From NCBI RefSeq assembly GCF_009914755.1, contig NC_060941.1: a DNA stretch of 64,000 nucleotides. One strand, given 5' to 3'. Shown one piece after another: positions 38,424 through 52,412 of this stretch (position 1 is the stretch's first letter; each line of letters opens with the position of its first letter). Origin of the DNA: the human T2T-CHM13v2.0 reference genome, Homo sapiens. Made by a program: the position numbers and the translations under genes. Below the pieces are notes generated by a model, which worked only from the letters and a program-made list of their open reading frames with translations, made no database searches and was not told where the DNA came from.

Positions 38424-40394
38424 AGTGGGCTTTTAAACTTCACATATAATTTTTTTTGTCTCATGTTTTATTGAGAAGTTAAATGCACAATATAATATCC
38501 ATCTTGATGAAAGGTTTTGTTGTTGGTAGGACAATAACAGCAGCACTAGACAGTATTATAGGATAATACCATGTACCTTGCATTGTGCTAGACTGTATGC
38601 CTAAAATAGCCTCATCTAGTCATCACATTGTGTTGCTCCAAACAAAGAAATGGTTTCTATATCTGGCCAAAGTCACCCGGTTAATGTATAATTTGAATTC
38701 AAAGTTCAAATCAAGAACTATAACAGGGAGTTCGTTAATTCTACATTCCCTTGAAACAATTCTTTACCAGGTACTGGCAGCAGAAGGCTAGATAGCAACA
38801 AGAGTTAAAAGAGTTCTGTGTCTACATGAATGTGCGTGTGAATGTGAGAGTATTAGGGGAATAGAATAGAAAGGACCACCAAATAGCTTACAAAAGCAGA
38901 ATTCACAAGTCATTTCAAAATGATAGTTTCTACCACATCGGGTAGAGATATGGAGAACCAGAATTGAGAAGTAGAAGTTTCCATACTATGTCAGAGGGAA
39001 AGTGCATTGTGTCCTGGAACAGGTAGAGCCAGCATTTATATTCCTGAGTTTTATGCAATTTTGTCTTCACTTGCTCAGGTAATTTAGTTTATTTCACTCT
39101 GCAGCCAGGCAGAGATGGAAGCTAATGAGTAAGAGGTAATATCAAATAACCCATTCTAAAGGGTATTGTAAGAGCAAGATAAAAGTAACTAAAAGTGATT
39201 GTACATGAATAGAGTTAGGATTGCACTGGAAATTTAGAACTATTTGTTTTCCTCTATATGAGAAAGTTAGCAAGGTGGCCTAATAGCTCAGTTCATATGC
39301 ATTTATTTCCATTGATTTTCCTAGCCCCAGCAAACACACCTGTGTTCTAACCCATGTGCTATGTGTTTTCATGAACACACTGCAATAAACTTTCTTGAAT
39401 TCTCCAGAAGTCCTATCTGCAGAATGGTTAAAATTTTGGCTCCATTGTGCCAATTTGCCTTTCTCCTCCCCAATCTCTTTGGGAATATTTATCTTTTATG
39501 AGTTACAAAAAAGATTCTTGGCCTTAGAGGCAAGAGAGATGAATAAATTAACCCCTGTGGGATTCCACTGGCTGCTTCTGGTCATGTCGCCTACTTAGAC
39601 TATTCTTTTATTCCTTATACTCCATGTATGGCATATGAGCTAATGAGGAAAGTCATCATTCATTGAATATTTATCGAGAAACCCAGAGTTCTTCCATTTT
39701 CCCTTATTACTGGATTAAAAAAAATAAAAGTTGGGAAACTGAGTTATGTGACATTTGGTACTTATTGGGCACATTAAGATGCTCCATGTTTTATGGCATT
39801 GTTTCTATTGTCTTCTGTATATTTCAAACTAAAATATTAATAGTTCATGATTTAAGTCATAGTGGATTCCCTCAGGCTATGCAGATCACTCTTATATATG
39901 ACTCTATTAAGGTAAAATTTAGGATCATTAAGATTAGAATCCATACTCTGAATATTCTTTGGGCATGTGAATAGAAATGGAAAGGAGAACAGAATGATGA
40001 TACAAAAATGTGTGTTTCAAAAAATACAATTTCTGTGGCTTGAATTCAGGACCTAATGGGAATTCAGACTCACAAATTGCCTACTGAGCAACATAAGATA
40101 CTGTTTATGGAGGTGAAAAAGACCAGAAGCAAGAGTATGAGACAGTTCTTCTGCCTGGGGTTCAGGTGGTTATGTGCAGGAATAGTATTCAAAATGATAA
40201 CAACTGGTAAGGCAGGGACACCAGCAATTGGAATGGGCTCTGCAGTTTCTCTGAAGCAGGATACTGGAGGGCACATTTGTTGCTGGATAATGGGGAGGGG
40301 ATGGGGCTAAGCCAGGCATGGGGTCAATGTAGTGGGGGTATTGAGAGATAGTCAAGGAACTGAGGACAGCTGTTACATATCAAGCAGTTTGGAG

Positions 40395-40395
40395 A

Positions 40396-40431
<36 letters not shown>

Positions 40432-40595
40432 CACACACACATATATATATACGTATGTATATACGTGTATATATACACGTATATATATACACATATATAT
40501 GTATATATATACACGTATATATATACACACATATATACATATATGTATATATGTGTGTGTATATACATATATGTATATATGTGTGTATATATACA

Positions 40596-40627
<32 letters not shown>

Positions 40628-40628
40628 C
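40395..40628. repeat. Compound (CT)n-(TA/CA/TG)n-(AG)n microsatellite
   Basis: Read directly from the sequence. Confidence 0.97.
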
Positions 40629-40655
40629 AGTGTAAATGGTATTTATTTATTAAAA

Positions 40656-40783
40656 ATTTTTTTTATTTCGATAGCTTTTGGGGTGCAAGTGGTTTTTGGT
40701 TACATGAATGAATAATATAGTGATGAATTCTGAGATTTTAGTACCCCCTTCACTCGAGTGGTGTATATAGTACTCAATATGTA
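40656..40783 (-). mobile_element. L1PB 3' terminal fragment
   Basis: TTTATTTCGATAGCTTTTGGGGTGCAAGTGGTTTTTGGTTACATGAATGAA...CTGAGATTTTAGT. Confidence 0.8.
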
Positions 40784-41049
40784 ATTCAATATTTTAATGA
40801 GGAATGCAAGTCTTTGAGAGTATACCATCCGAATATCAGCCCTAACCATATGCTTTTTTAGGATGAGACTTCCCTTTAGAGAGTGTCTTTCATCTAACAC
40901 AGAGCTCTTCAGTGTATCCTTCTGAAATCTCTCTGGCATAACCTTCTGTTCTATGGACCTGTTATAAGAACTCTTCACTTGCTTTAAAAGAGTAATTGTT
41001 TCCCAGTTATCTTCTCTTTTCTACATAATGTTAGGAGTGGGAGTGGAAC

Positions 41050-41235
41050 TAAGAAACACTTGAGCTTTGGAGTGAGGCAGACCTAAGTTTGAATCAAAGT
41101 TACTATGCATGTGTCTTAGCACGCTATTTAATAACAGAGCATCTGTTTCCTTAGCTGTGAAAATGGCTCCTTGTGGGAATTAAAATGAGATGACTCCTTG
41201 GATGGTGTCTACCACAAAGTAGGTGTTCCATAAAT
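41050..41235 (+). mobile_element. MIR
   Basis: GCTTTGGAGTGAGGCAGACCTAAGTTTGAATC...GTTTCCTTAGCTGTGAAAATGG. Confidence 0.65.
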
Positions 41236-41859
41236 GTTTCATATCATCCGTTCATCTTGTTTATATAATATCTACATCATACTGCCAATATTTATTCTCA
41301 AGTCTCATCTCCATTGCTGTACAACAAGCAAATTGCTAGAGATGCCATGTTTAAAGCATTTCAACTTCATTTCTGCCACTGCATCTGGAACAGGGCCATG
41401 TATGTGGTTAATACTCAATAAACAGTCACCGAGTGAATGAACAAGCCTGATTTTCTTGGCTTTTGTTCTTAGTACTTACTTTCTATCACTTAATTCATTT
41501 TTCCTTTCTCCTGGGTGTACTCCAGTTTCTCCACATCCTTAAAATGTAAGTTTGGTAAAGTACCTTCCAGGGACACACGTGTAAAGAATAAAACTGTGTC
41601 ATTGGAATTCATGAATATTTTTAAAATTTTAATTTCCTTAGCCACTCTATAAATCTTGTTCACCTGGGTTGACTAAAGTTTCATGCTCCTTTCTGATTTA
41701 CACTCCTTGTATACGTGAAATGTCACCATGTGAATCCCACAGATCCTCTTCCCATCAAAAACCAACTGTAGACACCAAAGTTCCCCCAAAAGAGTGTCAA
41801 ATTACTTTACTAGTTCCTTATATACTCACACTGAGGGTCAATCCGGCATAACAGCTAGC

Positions 41860-42095
41860 AGTATAGTGACAAGGGCTTTGTGTGCGTTCAAATCTCCATT
41901 TTTACCATTTACTAGTTTTATGACTTTTAGCAAAGATAATTAGCCACTCTATGACTCAATTTCCCAGTATGTAAAATAAGGCTAATAATAGTAGCTACCT
42001 TTTACAGTCATTTAAAGACCAATTAGTTAATGTGTGAAAGGAACTTAAACTAGTAAATAATTAGTACTCAGCAAAAGTTAGCTATAATTATTATC
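41860..42095 (+). mobile_element. MIR
   Basis: GTTCAAATC...CATTTACTAG...CTCAATTTCC...TGTAAAATAAGGCTAATAATAGTAGCTACCT. Confidence 0.7.
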
Positions 42096-43669
42096 TATAA
42101 CAACTTTTCTATATCCTACAGTTTAAGTTAATGATACATACCTTCTATAGCTAAGTTAAACAATCAGATTTTCTGTGAATTTCTGACATAGGATATTACA
42201 AGGATCTTTCTTGTAGTACTATTAGCACTAGCAAAAATTAGACACAAACTAAATGCCTATTAATTATTAGGATAGTAAAATGAACTAGAGTATACCCACA
42301 ATACAGATGACCATACAGTCATTTAAAAGGATTAAAGTTTTCTAAGATAAGTTGTTAAGAATACGTAAGCAAGTCACAGAATAATATATTATGAAGATGA
42401 AGATATTCAAAACACAAAACATGTATAAAGCACGCAATTTGAAAAGATCCACAGCAAACTACAAATAGTGATGCCTTCTGCAGAGGACAGTTAAATTGGG
42501 TATAATCAAATATATTTTGGTTTTATTTTCTTTATTTCTGTATTTTAAAATTACGAGGCAAATTTATTTCTTGTATAATGAAAAATAAAAATAAGAATCA
42601 GTGAAGTTACAAACAGAAAGCTGATTTGAGTAGTTTGGTTCAGTGACATTGGAAGGTATTGATTTTTTTTTTTTTAACACTGAACTCTATTTCTGTCTAG
42701 GATTGAGTGAAACATCAATAGAGAAAACGTCAGTTAATTGACCAGTGAGTCAACAGGGCTAATGAGTTCAACTGATTTGAATCTGTAGCATCTTTTCTTA
42801 AGCATGTACATATAAACAAGTCAATTACACATTTTCAGATCAATATTAGATCTACTATTTAATGTTCGATTGCTTCCTGTGTTTTTACGACTCAGGCACC
42901 TGAATGTTATAGAATAAAGAAATCTAGAGTTAAATAAACCTAAGCTAATCATCTACGTAGCTTCTCTTTGTCTGTGGAGGACACTTTATTCTTTTCCGTG
43001 GTTCACAGCTTTTACTGTACTTAGAATCCATTCTTTTCTCTTGTATCTGGGACCTGATTTCTCAATGGGAAACGTTTCCAAATCCAAAACAAAAATATCT
43101 CTATGTTTTTGAGTTTGGGAAAGTGCTATATTATGAATTTACTTATTTTTTTCCTTCAATTTTATTTTTGGAAGGAGCTGTATAAACATGCCCTGCTGTC
43201 GGTAACAAGTGCTTGAAGGCCAGCAAAGTGTTTATGAATAAGGACCGAGTCTGTGCCGCACCAGCTGCATTGTCCCTCTCACACTGATAGATTGTAATCT
43301 GCTTTGTGGACAGGAACTCTGGCCTTTGTTGTATTGAAAATTCTCATAAACTCTGACAAGGAAATGTGAGCAACAGCAATATGCAAGCTCCTTCAGTGAA
43401 AAACCAGGTTTCCTAAGATCTTGCTGAGGTCTGAACAAGCAACGCATTTCCCCATAGAGAATGAGAGGGATTATCAATCATACCTCACAGTCACCCTCCA
43501 AAGTCTGCTATGAAGTGTTCCTGCTGTTCCCTAAGCAGGCAACAGACTCTCCACAGGGATGGTGCATTCTGGTGCTTGAGGATAGGGATCAGACTCAGCC
43601 ACTGGTGATCCTTGCAGATATCATTTCTTCCTTGGCAGATGGTGTGGAAGAGTAGGAACGTGATGTTAA

Positions 43670-43830
43670 AACAAACACAGATTCAAATCCTAGCTTTACA
43701 ATTTACCACATGTAAGACTTTAGACATGTTTTGAAACCTCTCTGAGTTCCAGTTGTCTTCAGTTGAGATTAATAACAATTTTCTCAAAGTTATTGTAAGA
43801 TTTTTTAAAACCATGTTTAAGAAGGACCCA
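43670..43830 (+). mobile_element. MIR
   Basis: ATTCAAATCCTAGCT...AACCTCTCTGAG..CAGTTGTCTTCA. Confidence 0.6.
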
Positions 43831-44370
43831 AAGTGTATAGAGAAACAGTGTTTTTGTTGTCTCACTTGTAAAGGAGTTACAATAAAAATTTTGCTAAATT
43901 AAGAAAAGGTAGTCAGTGTGATAATGTTTTGATAGGCCAGTCCACCCATGAAAAGTGGGTAGGGTAGACACTAGTTAACATGGGCAGCACATGTGACATT
44001 ATTCTTTATCACACCACAGATCTCCTTATTCAATATTTGAGAGCTCATTAAAATGAAAGCAAATGGCTCTCCTTAGTATATCATTTGTAACTCTTGATTT
44101 ATTGGGTTACCATTGGATTTTTCCCAATGCCACCACCAATCCACCTAAATCCATTGTAGAAATAGACAGAACTTACTAGCCAGCTTTTATCTGACTTACC
44201 CCCTAAGCCAGGAATTGAGCATCTACGACAGACCAGACATGTTGTTAAGAAACTGGGATCCATGCAGAAATAAGATGTGCTATTTGACACTCCGTAGCTC
44301 ACAATTCAGTGTAGAGGTGGGACACAGAGGAACAACACTTCCGCATCCCTGAACAAAAAAGCGTAACATA

Positions 44371-44678
44371 GGCTGGGTGCGGTGGCTCATGCCTGTAATC
44401 CCAGCACTTTGGGAGGCTGAAACCGGCAGATCACTTGAGGCCAAGAGTTCAATACTAGCCTGGCCAACATGATGAAACCCTGTCTTCTCTACCAAAAATA
44501 CAAAAATTAGCTGGGTGTGGTGGCATGCAATGGTGGTCCTAGCTACTCAGGAGGCTGAGGTGGGAGGATTACTTGAGCCCTGGAGGCAGAGGTTTCAGTG
44601 AGCCATTGTCACGCCACTGCACTCCAGCCTAGGTGACAAATGGAGACCCTGTCTCAAAAAACAAAAAAAAAGAAAAAA
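44371..44678 (+). mobile_element. AluJ(b)-like, full length
   Basis: GAGGTGGGAGGATTACTTGAGCCC. TSD AAAAAAG(C/T)GTAACAT at 44355-44369 and 44679-44693. Confidence 0.94.
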
Positions 44679-46229
44679 AAAAAAGTGTAACATGACAAGG
44701 GCTCGAGCTGTATCATGAACAAAGAGCTTCAGGGAAAAATAAAAGCTAAAACACCAACTTCATCATCTGATTATCTTACTCAATGTGATTTGAATCTAGA
44801 ATAAAAACCTTTAGCTTGCGCTACAAGAATCCTGAATCCACTTCTCACCTTAGCTCACTCGTCCTGCTTTCCATCTTTTCTCAATCCATATTCCTCTTCC
44901 TTTAGTCTTTGCAAACAGTGAAACAATGTTAAAAACACTTAGTTTATAATAACAATAGCAGCAATCCAAGTAACCTATTTAACAAAATGAATTATTATAT
45001 CAATTCAAAAACATAGTCACCCGTCTAAAACAGGATTATATCCCCAGTGTACATTTATCTTGATTTTCTATGATTTCCAACTGCATCTAGCTCCAAAAGT
45101 TCAATTTTAGCATTTTATTGTTTCTTGAATATTTTATGCCTTCTCTTAATTTAATAGTTTGCATTTTACAGTATTTGGAATTTTTATTATAAGTAGCTTC
45201 AAGTTAACTTTTTAAAAAATGCTATATTCTTAGGCCTGTCAGGAGTATGCTTCCTCTCTCCTGCCTCAACTCTATCCCTACCCTGAATCCTACAATGCTA
45301 GACCCAAGGCAGATGTTGGAAAATATGTGATTGAATTTGCTTCTTTTGTGATCAGAGGTTACTAGGTTGCTAGGTTACTGAAAGAGGATAAATGAGATAT
45401 CACCCGTATTTGTCTCATTTAACAGAATATGATAGTAGGGATAGTTTATGTTAATATTTTTAAATGAGCATTAATAAAATGTATGTTTATCACATCATGA
45501 GTCTTTTTTCATAGATCTCGACCAGCAATGCCTCGAACTGCAAAAATAAAATAATTTTCAAAAGAGGAAGAATGCTAAAGTCATTATTTCAGGTAACCCC
45601 TATCTAGCGCACAATGATAGACCTATGTAGGTTTCCTAAAGGTTTTTGCTTAATAACCCTCTTCATCTGTCTCTGCCAGCTTATGGAGCTATTCTATTCA
45701 CTATTCTCATTTCTCAGAGTTGTGTGGGTGAACAGCCGACTATATTGAGCATGAATCAGCTACTAAAATAAGTGCTGGGTAACTTAGATATATCATTTGA
45801 CCTTCAAATTAATTTTGTTCATCCCTATTTCTTCTCTCTTTCCCTGCAATATCTGTCTCTTTTTTTCAGTATACATTTGCCAAAGAAACACACACACAAA
45901 AAACACTAGCACCATCAAATATGTCCTTAACAAACTCATCCCTCTTGAATTTCTAGAAACAAAAATTTATGAAAGGCATGATAACCTATTCATTTTTATT
46001 ACAGTATAAACACAATTTTCAACACATTGTCTTTGAGTGTTTTCATCAGAATGTTGCTTTTATCTCAATGAACATAAAATTGGAGTAAAACATAAAAAGT
46101 AAGTTTTATCTGTTCTTTTTATAATGTGTTAAAATATACACAGTTGTAATTACATAAATTGCTTAAACTGGCCAAAGTAGGCAATGCATGTTTTGAAGTA
46201 TTATTGCATCCTTTATTGTTAGTCATTGG

Positions 46230-46722
46230 TGTTGGGAACAGGTCCCCCAAAATCTGGCCATAAACTGGCCCCAAAACTGGCCATAAACAAAATCTCTACA
46301 GCATTGTGACATGTTTGTGATGGGCGTGACGCCCACGCTGGAAGGTTGTGGGTTTACCGGAAGGAGGGCAAGGAACACCTGACCCACCCAGGGTGGAAAA
46401 CCGCTTAAAGGTGTTCTTAAACCACAAACAATAGCATGAGTGATCTGTGCCTTAAGGACATGCTCCTGCTGCAGATAACTAGCCAAACCCATCCCTTTGT
46501 TTCCCGTAAGGAATACTTTTACTTAATCTATAATCTATAGAAACAATGCTTATCACTGGCTTGCTGTTAATAAATACGTGGGTAAGTCTCTGTTCGAGGC
46601 TCTCAGCTCTGAAGGCTGTGAGACCCGATTTCCCACTCCACACCTCTATATTTCTGTGTGTGTGTCTTTAATTCCTCTAGTGCCGCTGGGTTAGGGTCTC
46701 CCCCACTGAGCTGGTCTTGACA
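46230..46722 (+). mobile_element. MER9 solo LTR (HERV-K HML-3)
   Basis: TGTTGGGAACAGG.CCCCCAAAATCTGGCCATAAACTGGCCCCAAAACTGGCCATAAA...AATAAATACGTGGG...GAGCTGGTCTTGACA. Perfect TSD ATTGG at 46225-46229 and 46723-46727. Confidence 0.93.
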
Positions 46723-48374
46723 ATTGGAAATCCATTTGGGAAATAGGCTTTGTAAGTATATTCAAAGTCTTCTTTTAGAGATGTCCAGGGATAGAGACAT
46801 TACATATTTATGAATTGGCATTAGAGTGTACGCATCTCTATAGTTGAAAGGTTCTCTCCTGTGCCTCTCTAAGCTTTCTACAACTATAAATTAATAGATA
46901 AAGTTTGGAGTCAGGAGACCAATGTGAGTGGAGGCTTTGCCACTGCTGCTTACTAGTTGGGGGTGAGAATGGCAGAGGGAGCATACAGTAATGGATATCC
47001 CAGGATACGACGGGAGGGTCATCAGTGCAAAGACAGAGAAGGCACTAGCTAGTATAGTTTTTCTCAATTTGCAGATTCAGCCTCAGTTTTAGTAATACGG
47101 CAATGAGCTGGAATGAGAAAGAAAGGAAGAAGAGGAGGAAGGAAGAGAGAGAAAAAGAAACAATGACTACTCCTGGCTGGTGCAGAAATAGTATCCAGGA
47201 AAGAATACCAGCTTGTGTCCTTTCACATGATAAGTTATTGGGTCCCTTTGAAGACAGCTATTCTTAAACTTACAGTGGTTTGCCAATCCAGGACACAGAG
47301 ATGTTTGTAATTGAGCTTTTCTCTAATCTGACGGATTAAAAGGCAAACAGATTTTACTAAATAGTATTTACCAAACAGAGAAGAAAAGACTTTGTAGTCT
47401 ACATTTTCATTTATGTGTATGAACAAAAGATTGGTTAGAGTCTCTGATACAGAGGTAGAGAAAATGAATGTTTCAAAGAAAGCAAAATCTGGAAGACTAT
47501 GAGACTGACTTCATCCTAAAAACAAAGGCTGGGGATGTATTTAAAACAAATTACAGCAAAATCTCCACATTGATAAAACCAGGATACCCCTCTGGAAGTT
47601 GTAATCATTTCTTTAGTTACTATACAACTCCCATATTTTTGGCCAATGCTGCTATTTTGCCAAACAGTTGGTCAGGGGCTGTAATCCAATAAGTGTTTTA
47701 TTTTCTATTGCACATTCACAAATTAAGCCACAGCGGCAACCCATATCAACCTGATCTGCTCAGAGAGGCATAGGAAAAGTCAATTAGTTTTTCCACTCTC
47801 TAGGGCCAAATAGACAATTAGAATAGAGAGAAGGTTGTAGGGGGAGAAGTCTGTGAGTATTTTGCAGAGAAAGTAAGTCTTTGAAAACTACAACATCAAG
47901 TTAATATCAATCAGCCCAACGAATATGTGGCACTTTCTAAAAAGACGATTTTCTTCTATTAAGTTATAAAATAACAGAGGGTCTGATCTATGTAATGATC
48001 ATCATATTCACTGTATCGTCTCACAAAATACATTTCTATAGGAAGTTCTTAAATATTTGTTGAATGGATGTCTGAATGATAGAATAAAACGTAACCCTCC
48101 AGGAGAACATGCATCCAGGTAAGCGTATTCATTTTCCCACCTGCTCCCAAGAAATTATTTCCCAGATCCTCCTCATTTATGGTTGTCAGATCACACTGTC
48201 CTATATTTGGAATAACAGAGAGCTATGAAAGCAGCAGATGTCTGGGTTAGCAATCCAATTCCCCCACTCTTTTGTGAATGCTGCTAACAAATAGTGGGTA
48301 AATTCAAAATCAGATGAATCATTATCTTTTTTGTCACCTGATTTGCCCACCTGCTGACAGGGAGAGGGTCACTC

Positions 48375-49147
48375 TTTTGATTTTTTTAAAACTTTTTAGA
48401 TTAATATTATTTTAATTGGAAATCATAATTGTATATATTTATAGGGAAAATGTGATGTTTTATATATGTACACAATGTGGAATGATTTAAGTCAAGCTAG
48501 TTAACATGTCCATCACCTCACTTACTTTTTATTTATTAACTTTTGGGGGGAGACCTTTAAAGTGCACTCTCCTACCTACTGTAAAATATATAATACGTCA
48601 TTATTGACTATAATCACCCTGTTGTGGCACTAGGTCGCAATAATATATTCCTCCTGTCTAACTGAATTTTGTACTCATTGGCCAACAACTCCCTATTCCC
48701 TTCCTCCTCACCCCAGTCTGTAGTAACCAGCTTTCTATTTTCTACTTCTGTAAGTTCAACATTTTAAGCTTCCATATATAAGAGATCATGAAGTATCTAT
48801 CTTTCTATGCCTGGCTTATTGCACTTAGCATAATGTCCTCCAAGTTTACCCATGTAGTTGCAAATGACAGGATGTCCTCCTTTTTATGGCTGAATATTCC
48901 ATTGTGTATGTATACCACATTTATTTATCCATTCATCTGTTGATGGGCACATGGGGTGATTCCATATCTTAATTATTATGAATAATGCTGCTACGAATAT
49001 AGGAGTGCAGATATCTCTTTAGCATATCGATTTTTATTCCTTTGACTTTTTTACCCAGAAGTGGGATTGCTGGGCCATATGATAGTTCTATTTTTAGGTT
49101 TTTCATGAATCTCCATATCATTTGCCCTATGACTGTACTAATTTACT
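48375..49147 (-). mobile_element. L1MA-type 3' portion (non-inverted part of a twin-primed insertion)
   Basis: T-rich tail, L1MA-like 3' UTR (AGTCAAGCTAGTTAACATGTCCATCACCTCAC) and antisense ORF2 end. Stops at GACTGTACTAATTTAC. Confidence 0.88.
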
Positions 49148-49149
49148 TA

Positions 49150-50236
49150 TGTATAAATTTAATTAAGGTGGTAAAAAATCTGTATACTGAGAAAAATAAA
49201 ACAGTAATGAAAGATAATGAAGAAAACATACATAAATGGGAAGTTATCCTATGTTCTTGGATTAGAATAATTAATATTCTTTAAATGTCCTTAACAACCC
49301 AAAGCAATATATAGATTCAATACAATCCCTATCAAAATTTCAATGCCGTTTTTCACACATATAGAAAAAAATTCTTAAATTTGTCTGAAACCACAAAAGA
49401 CCCCCAATAGCCAAAACAATATTGGGCAAAAAGAACAAAGCTGGAGGTATCATATTACTGGATTTCAAAATATATTATAAAGCTATTGTAGTCAAGAAAG
49501 TATGATACTGGCATAAAAACAGACATATTAGCTGATGGAACAGGATAGACAGCCCAAATATAAGCCCACAAACCTAGGCCAATTGATTTTTGACAAAGGT
49601 GCCAAGAACACACAGTGGGAAAAGGACAGTCTCTTCTATAAATGATTCTAGGAAAACTGGATATCTACAGGCAGAAGAATGAAATTTGACCCTTATTTCA
49701 CATGATATGCAAAAATCAACTAAAAATGTATTAAAGAGTTACATATAAGACCCAAAACCATAAAAGCATTAGAAGAAAAGCTTCACAATGTGAGTCTGGG
49801 CAATGATTTTTTTGGCTGTGTCCTTGAAAGCACCACAAAAGCAAAACTAGACAAATTGGACTTCATCAAACTAAAAAGCTTCTACATAGCAAAGGAAACA
49901 ATTAACAAACCCAAGAGAAAACCTACAGAAAGGAAGAGAGTATTTTTAAAATATACATCTGATAAGGAATTAATATTCAAAATATATGAGATTCAAACAA
50001 CTCAATAACAATAAAACAAACAACATGATTTAAAAATGGAGAAAGGAACAGACATTTCTCAAAAAAAAAGACATACAAACGCCTGATGAAGAAATGCTCA
50101 ACATCATTAATCATTAGAGAAATACAAATGAAAACCATAATGAGATACCACCTCACACTTATTATCAGAACGATGAAAGATAACAAGTATGGTGAGGATA
50201 AGGAGAGAAGGGAACTTTTGCACACTGTTGGTGGGA
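49150..50236 (+). mobile_element. L1 ORF2 segment, inverted relative to the adjacent 3' portion
   Basis: Sense ORF2 remnants (LDKLDFIKLKSFYIAKETINK). Ends GCACACTGTTGGTGGGA. Confidence 0.9.
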
Positions 50237-50731
50237 GACTCACTCATACAATCATCCCTACTTAAGAACATTTTGAACTTATTAGAGGCAGTTTAAGGTT
50301 GTCTTTGGAGCAGACCCTAAGGGAATTTATTATTTGTTATATACTTATTTGCCACAAAGACAACCTGTGCTTGACAATGATGGGTCGAAATAAGAATTTA
50401 ATTTTGTCCTTTGAAATTTTTAAATCTGTGAATATTACAACAACCACAAAAATTCTATAGACTTTTGTTCATGGGGAACCATCACCCTCCTGTTTCCCAA
50501 AGCAGGGAATTTAACTGAAAAAAAAGTACATTGAGTAATATTAAGAAAACAAAAAAAGCATTTAAAATTGCAATATAATGTAGTATAAAATGAATATCTG
50601 AATCATGGGGAAGTATGCCATATAGAAGCTATTTTAGATGAGTAATCAGAAAAAAACTTTAGAGGAAGTAAGCAGCTTTTGTGTTAAATCTAAAAAGATA
50701 TTGCTACTTTTTCACTATAATGGTTAGCATG

Positions 50732-51094
50732 TGATATGGTTTCGCTGTGTCCCCACCCAAATCTCGTCTTGAATTGTAGCTCCCATAATTCCCACATGTT
50801 GTGGGAGGGACCTGGTGGGAGATCACTGAATCATGGGGGCAGTTTCCCCCATACTGTTCTCGTGGTGTCACAAGAGCTGATGGTTTTATAAGGGAAAACC
50901 CCTTTTGCTTGGCTGTCATTCTCTCTTTGCCTGCCACCATCCATGTAAGATGTGACTTGCTCCTCCTTGCCTTCCACCATGATTGTGAAGTCTCTTCAGC
51001 CATGTGGTACTGTGAGTCCATTAAACCCCTTTCCTTAATAAATTACCCAGTCTCAGGTATGTCTTTATTAGCAGCGTGAGAACAGACTAATACA
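50732..51094 (+). mobile_element. THE1 (B/C/D) MaLR solo LTR
   Basis: TGATATGGTTT.GCTGTGTCCCCACCCAAATCTC...AGCAGCGTGAGAACAGACTAATACA. Perfect TSD GCATG at 50727-50731 and 51095-51099. Confidence 0.95.
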
Positions 51095-51134
51095 GCATGT
51101 TAAACCAGTTCATCTTTTTAAAAAATAGAACACT

Positions 51135-51587
<453 letters not shown>

Positions 51588-51699
51588 TTAGTTATTTCAC
51601 TTTAAGCAATCTAATAATAAATTCTTAGAAATTGGAATAAAGGTTTATATACTAAGATATTAATCACATTCCTTTTACCTGTTCCGCTGTCATAATGGG

Positions 51700-52412
51700 C
51701 ATTTTTCAGTTCATCACACTCACCTCACTCTGGGCTGCCTCAGGGCCTTCGTTCTTGGTTTTCTCTCTTTGAAGTATTCTGACCCCAATACTTTCTTTCT
51801 TCAACTAAGTCCTATACATCCTTCACCTCTCACTCAGCTTAAATATTATTTTTCCAGAGCTGCATTTCTTCTATTTCCATAGAAAAATAGAAGTTTGGTT
51901 CTCTCTGCCTTCCCAGAAATACGTTTACATAGCACTCTCTGGTGCTCACTCTCAGCACATTTACGGATACATCAGGAGAGTCTCTCATCTCTGTAAACTC
52001 TAAGTTCTATGACAGCAGGAATTGTGTCTGTCTTTCTTACTGCATATCTAAGTGTCAAGGATGGTGCCTGTTGCAGAGCAAGCAGGTACAATTAGTAGGA
52101 AACAAGGAGATGCAGGGAAGGGGATACAAAATGGCGGATATGTGGGAAGAACAAGTCTGAAGACCTAATGCACAGTATGAAGACTACAGTAATAAAATTG
52201 TACTGGATTTTTGGATTCATGACTAATGAATAGATTTTTGCTGCTCTTGCCACAAAAACAACAAAGAAATGGGAAACTATGTGAGACGATGAACATGTTA
52301 ACTTGCTCCACTATAGTAACATTTTTACAATCTTAATGTATCCCACAACATAATATTGTATACCTTAAAGATGCACAATAACATTTATTTTAAATACATT
52401 TGTTGAATAAAT
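51700..52412 (+). mobile_element. L2 3' region whose terminal tail is split by an L1M fragment
   Basis: GCCTCAGGGCCTT...TAAGTTCTATGACAGCAGGAATTGTGTCTG...GTGCCTG; resumes AAATACATTTGTTGAATAAAT at about 52392. Confidence 0.65.
52105..52391 (+). mobile_element. L1M (MA/MB-type) 3' terminal fragment
   Basis: GACCTAATG.ACAGTATGAAGACTACAGTAATAAAATTGTA...TAGATTTTTGCTGCTCTTGCCAC...TTGTATACCTTAAA. Confidence 0.75.

Noticed and set aside
40324-40715. Y/I/H-rich ORFs
   Set aside because: Translations of the TA/CA microsatellite.
48342-48360. CTCF-like CAGCAGGTGGGC on the minus strand
   Set aside because: Partial match, expected by chance.
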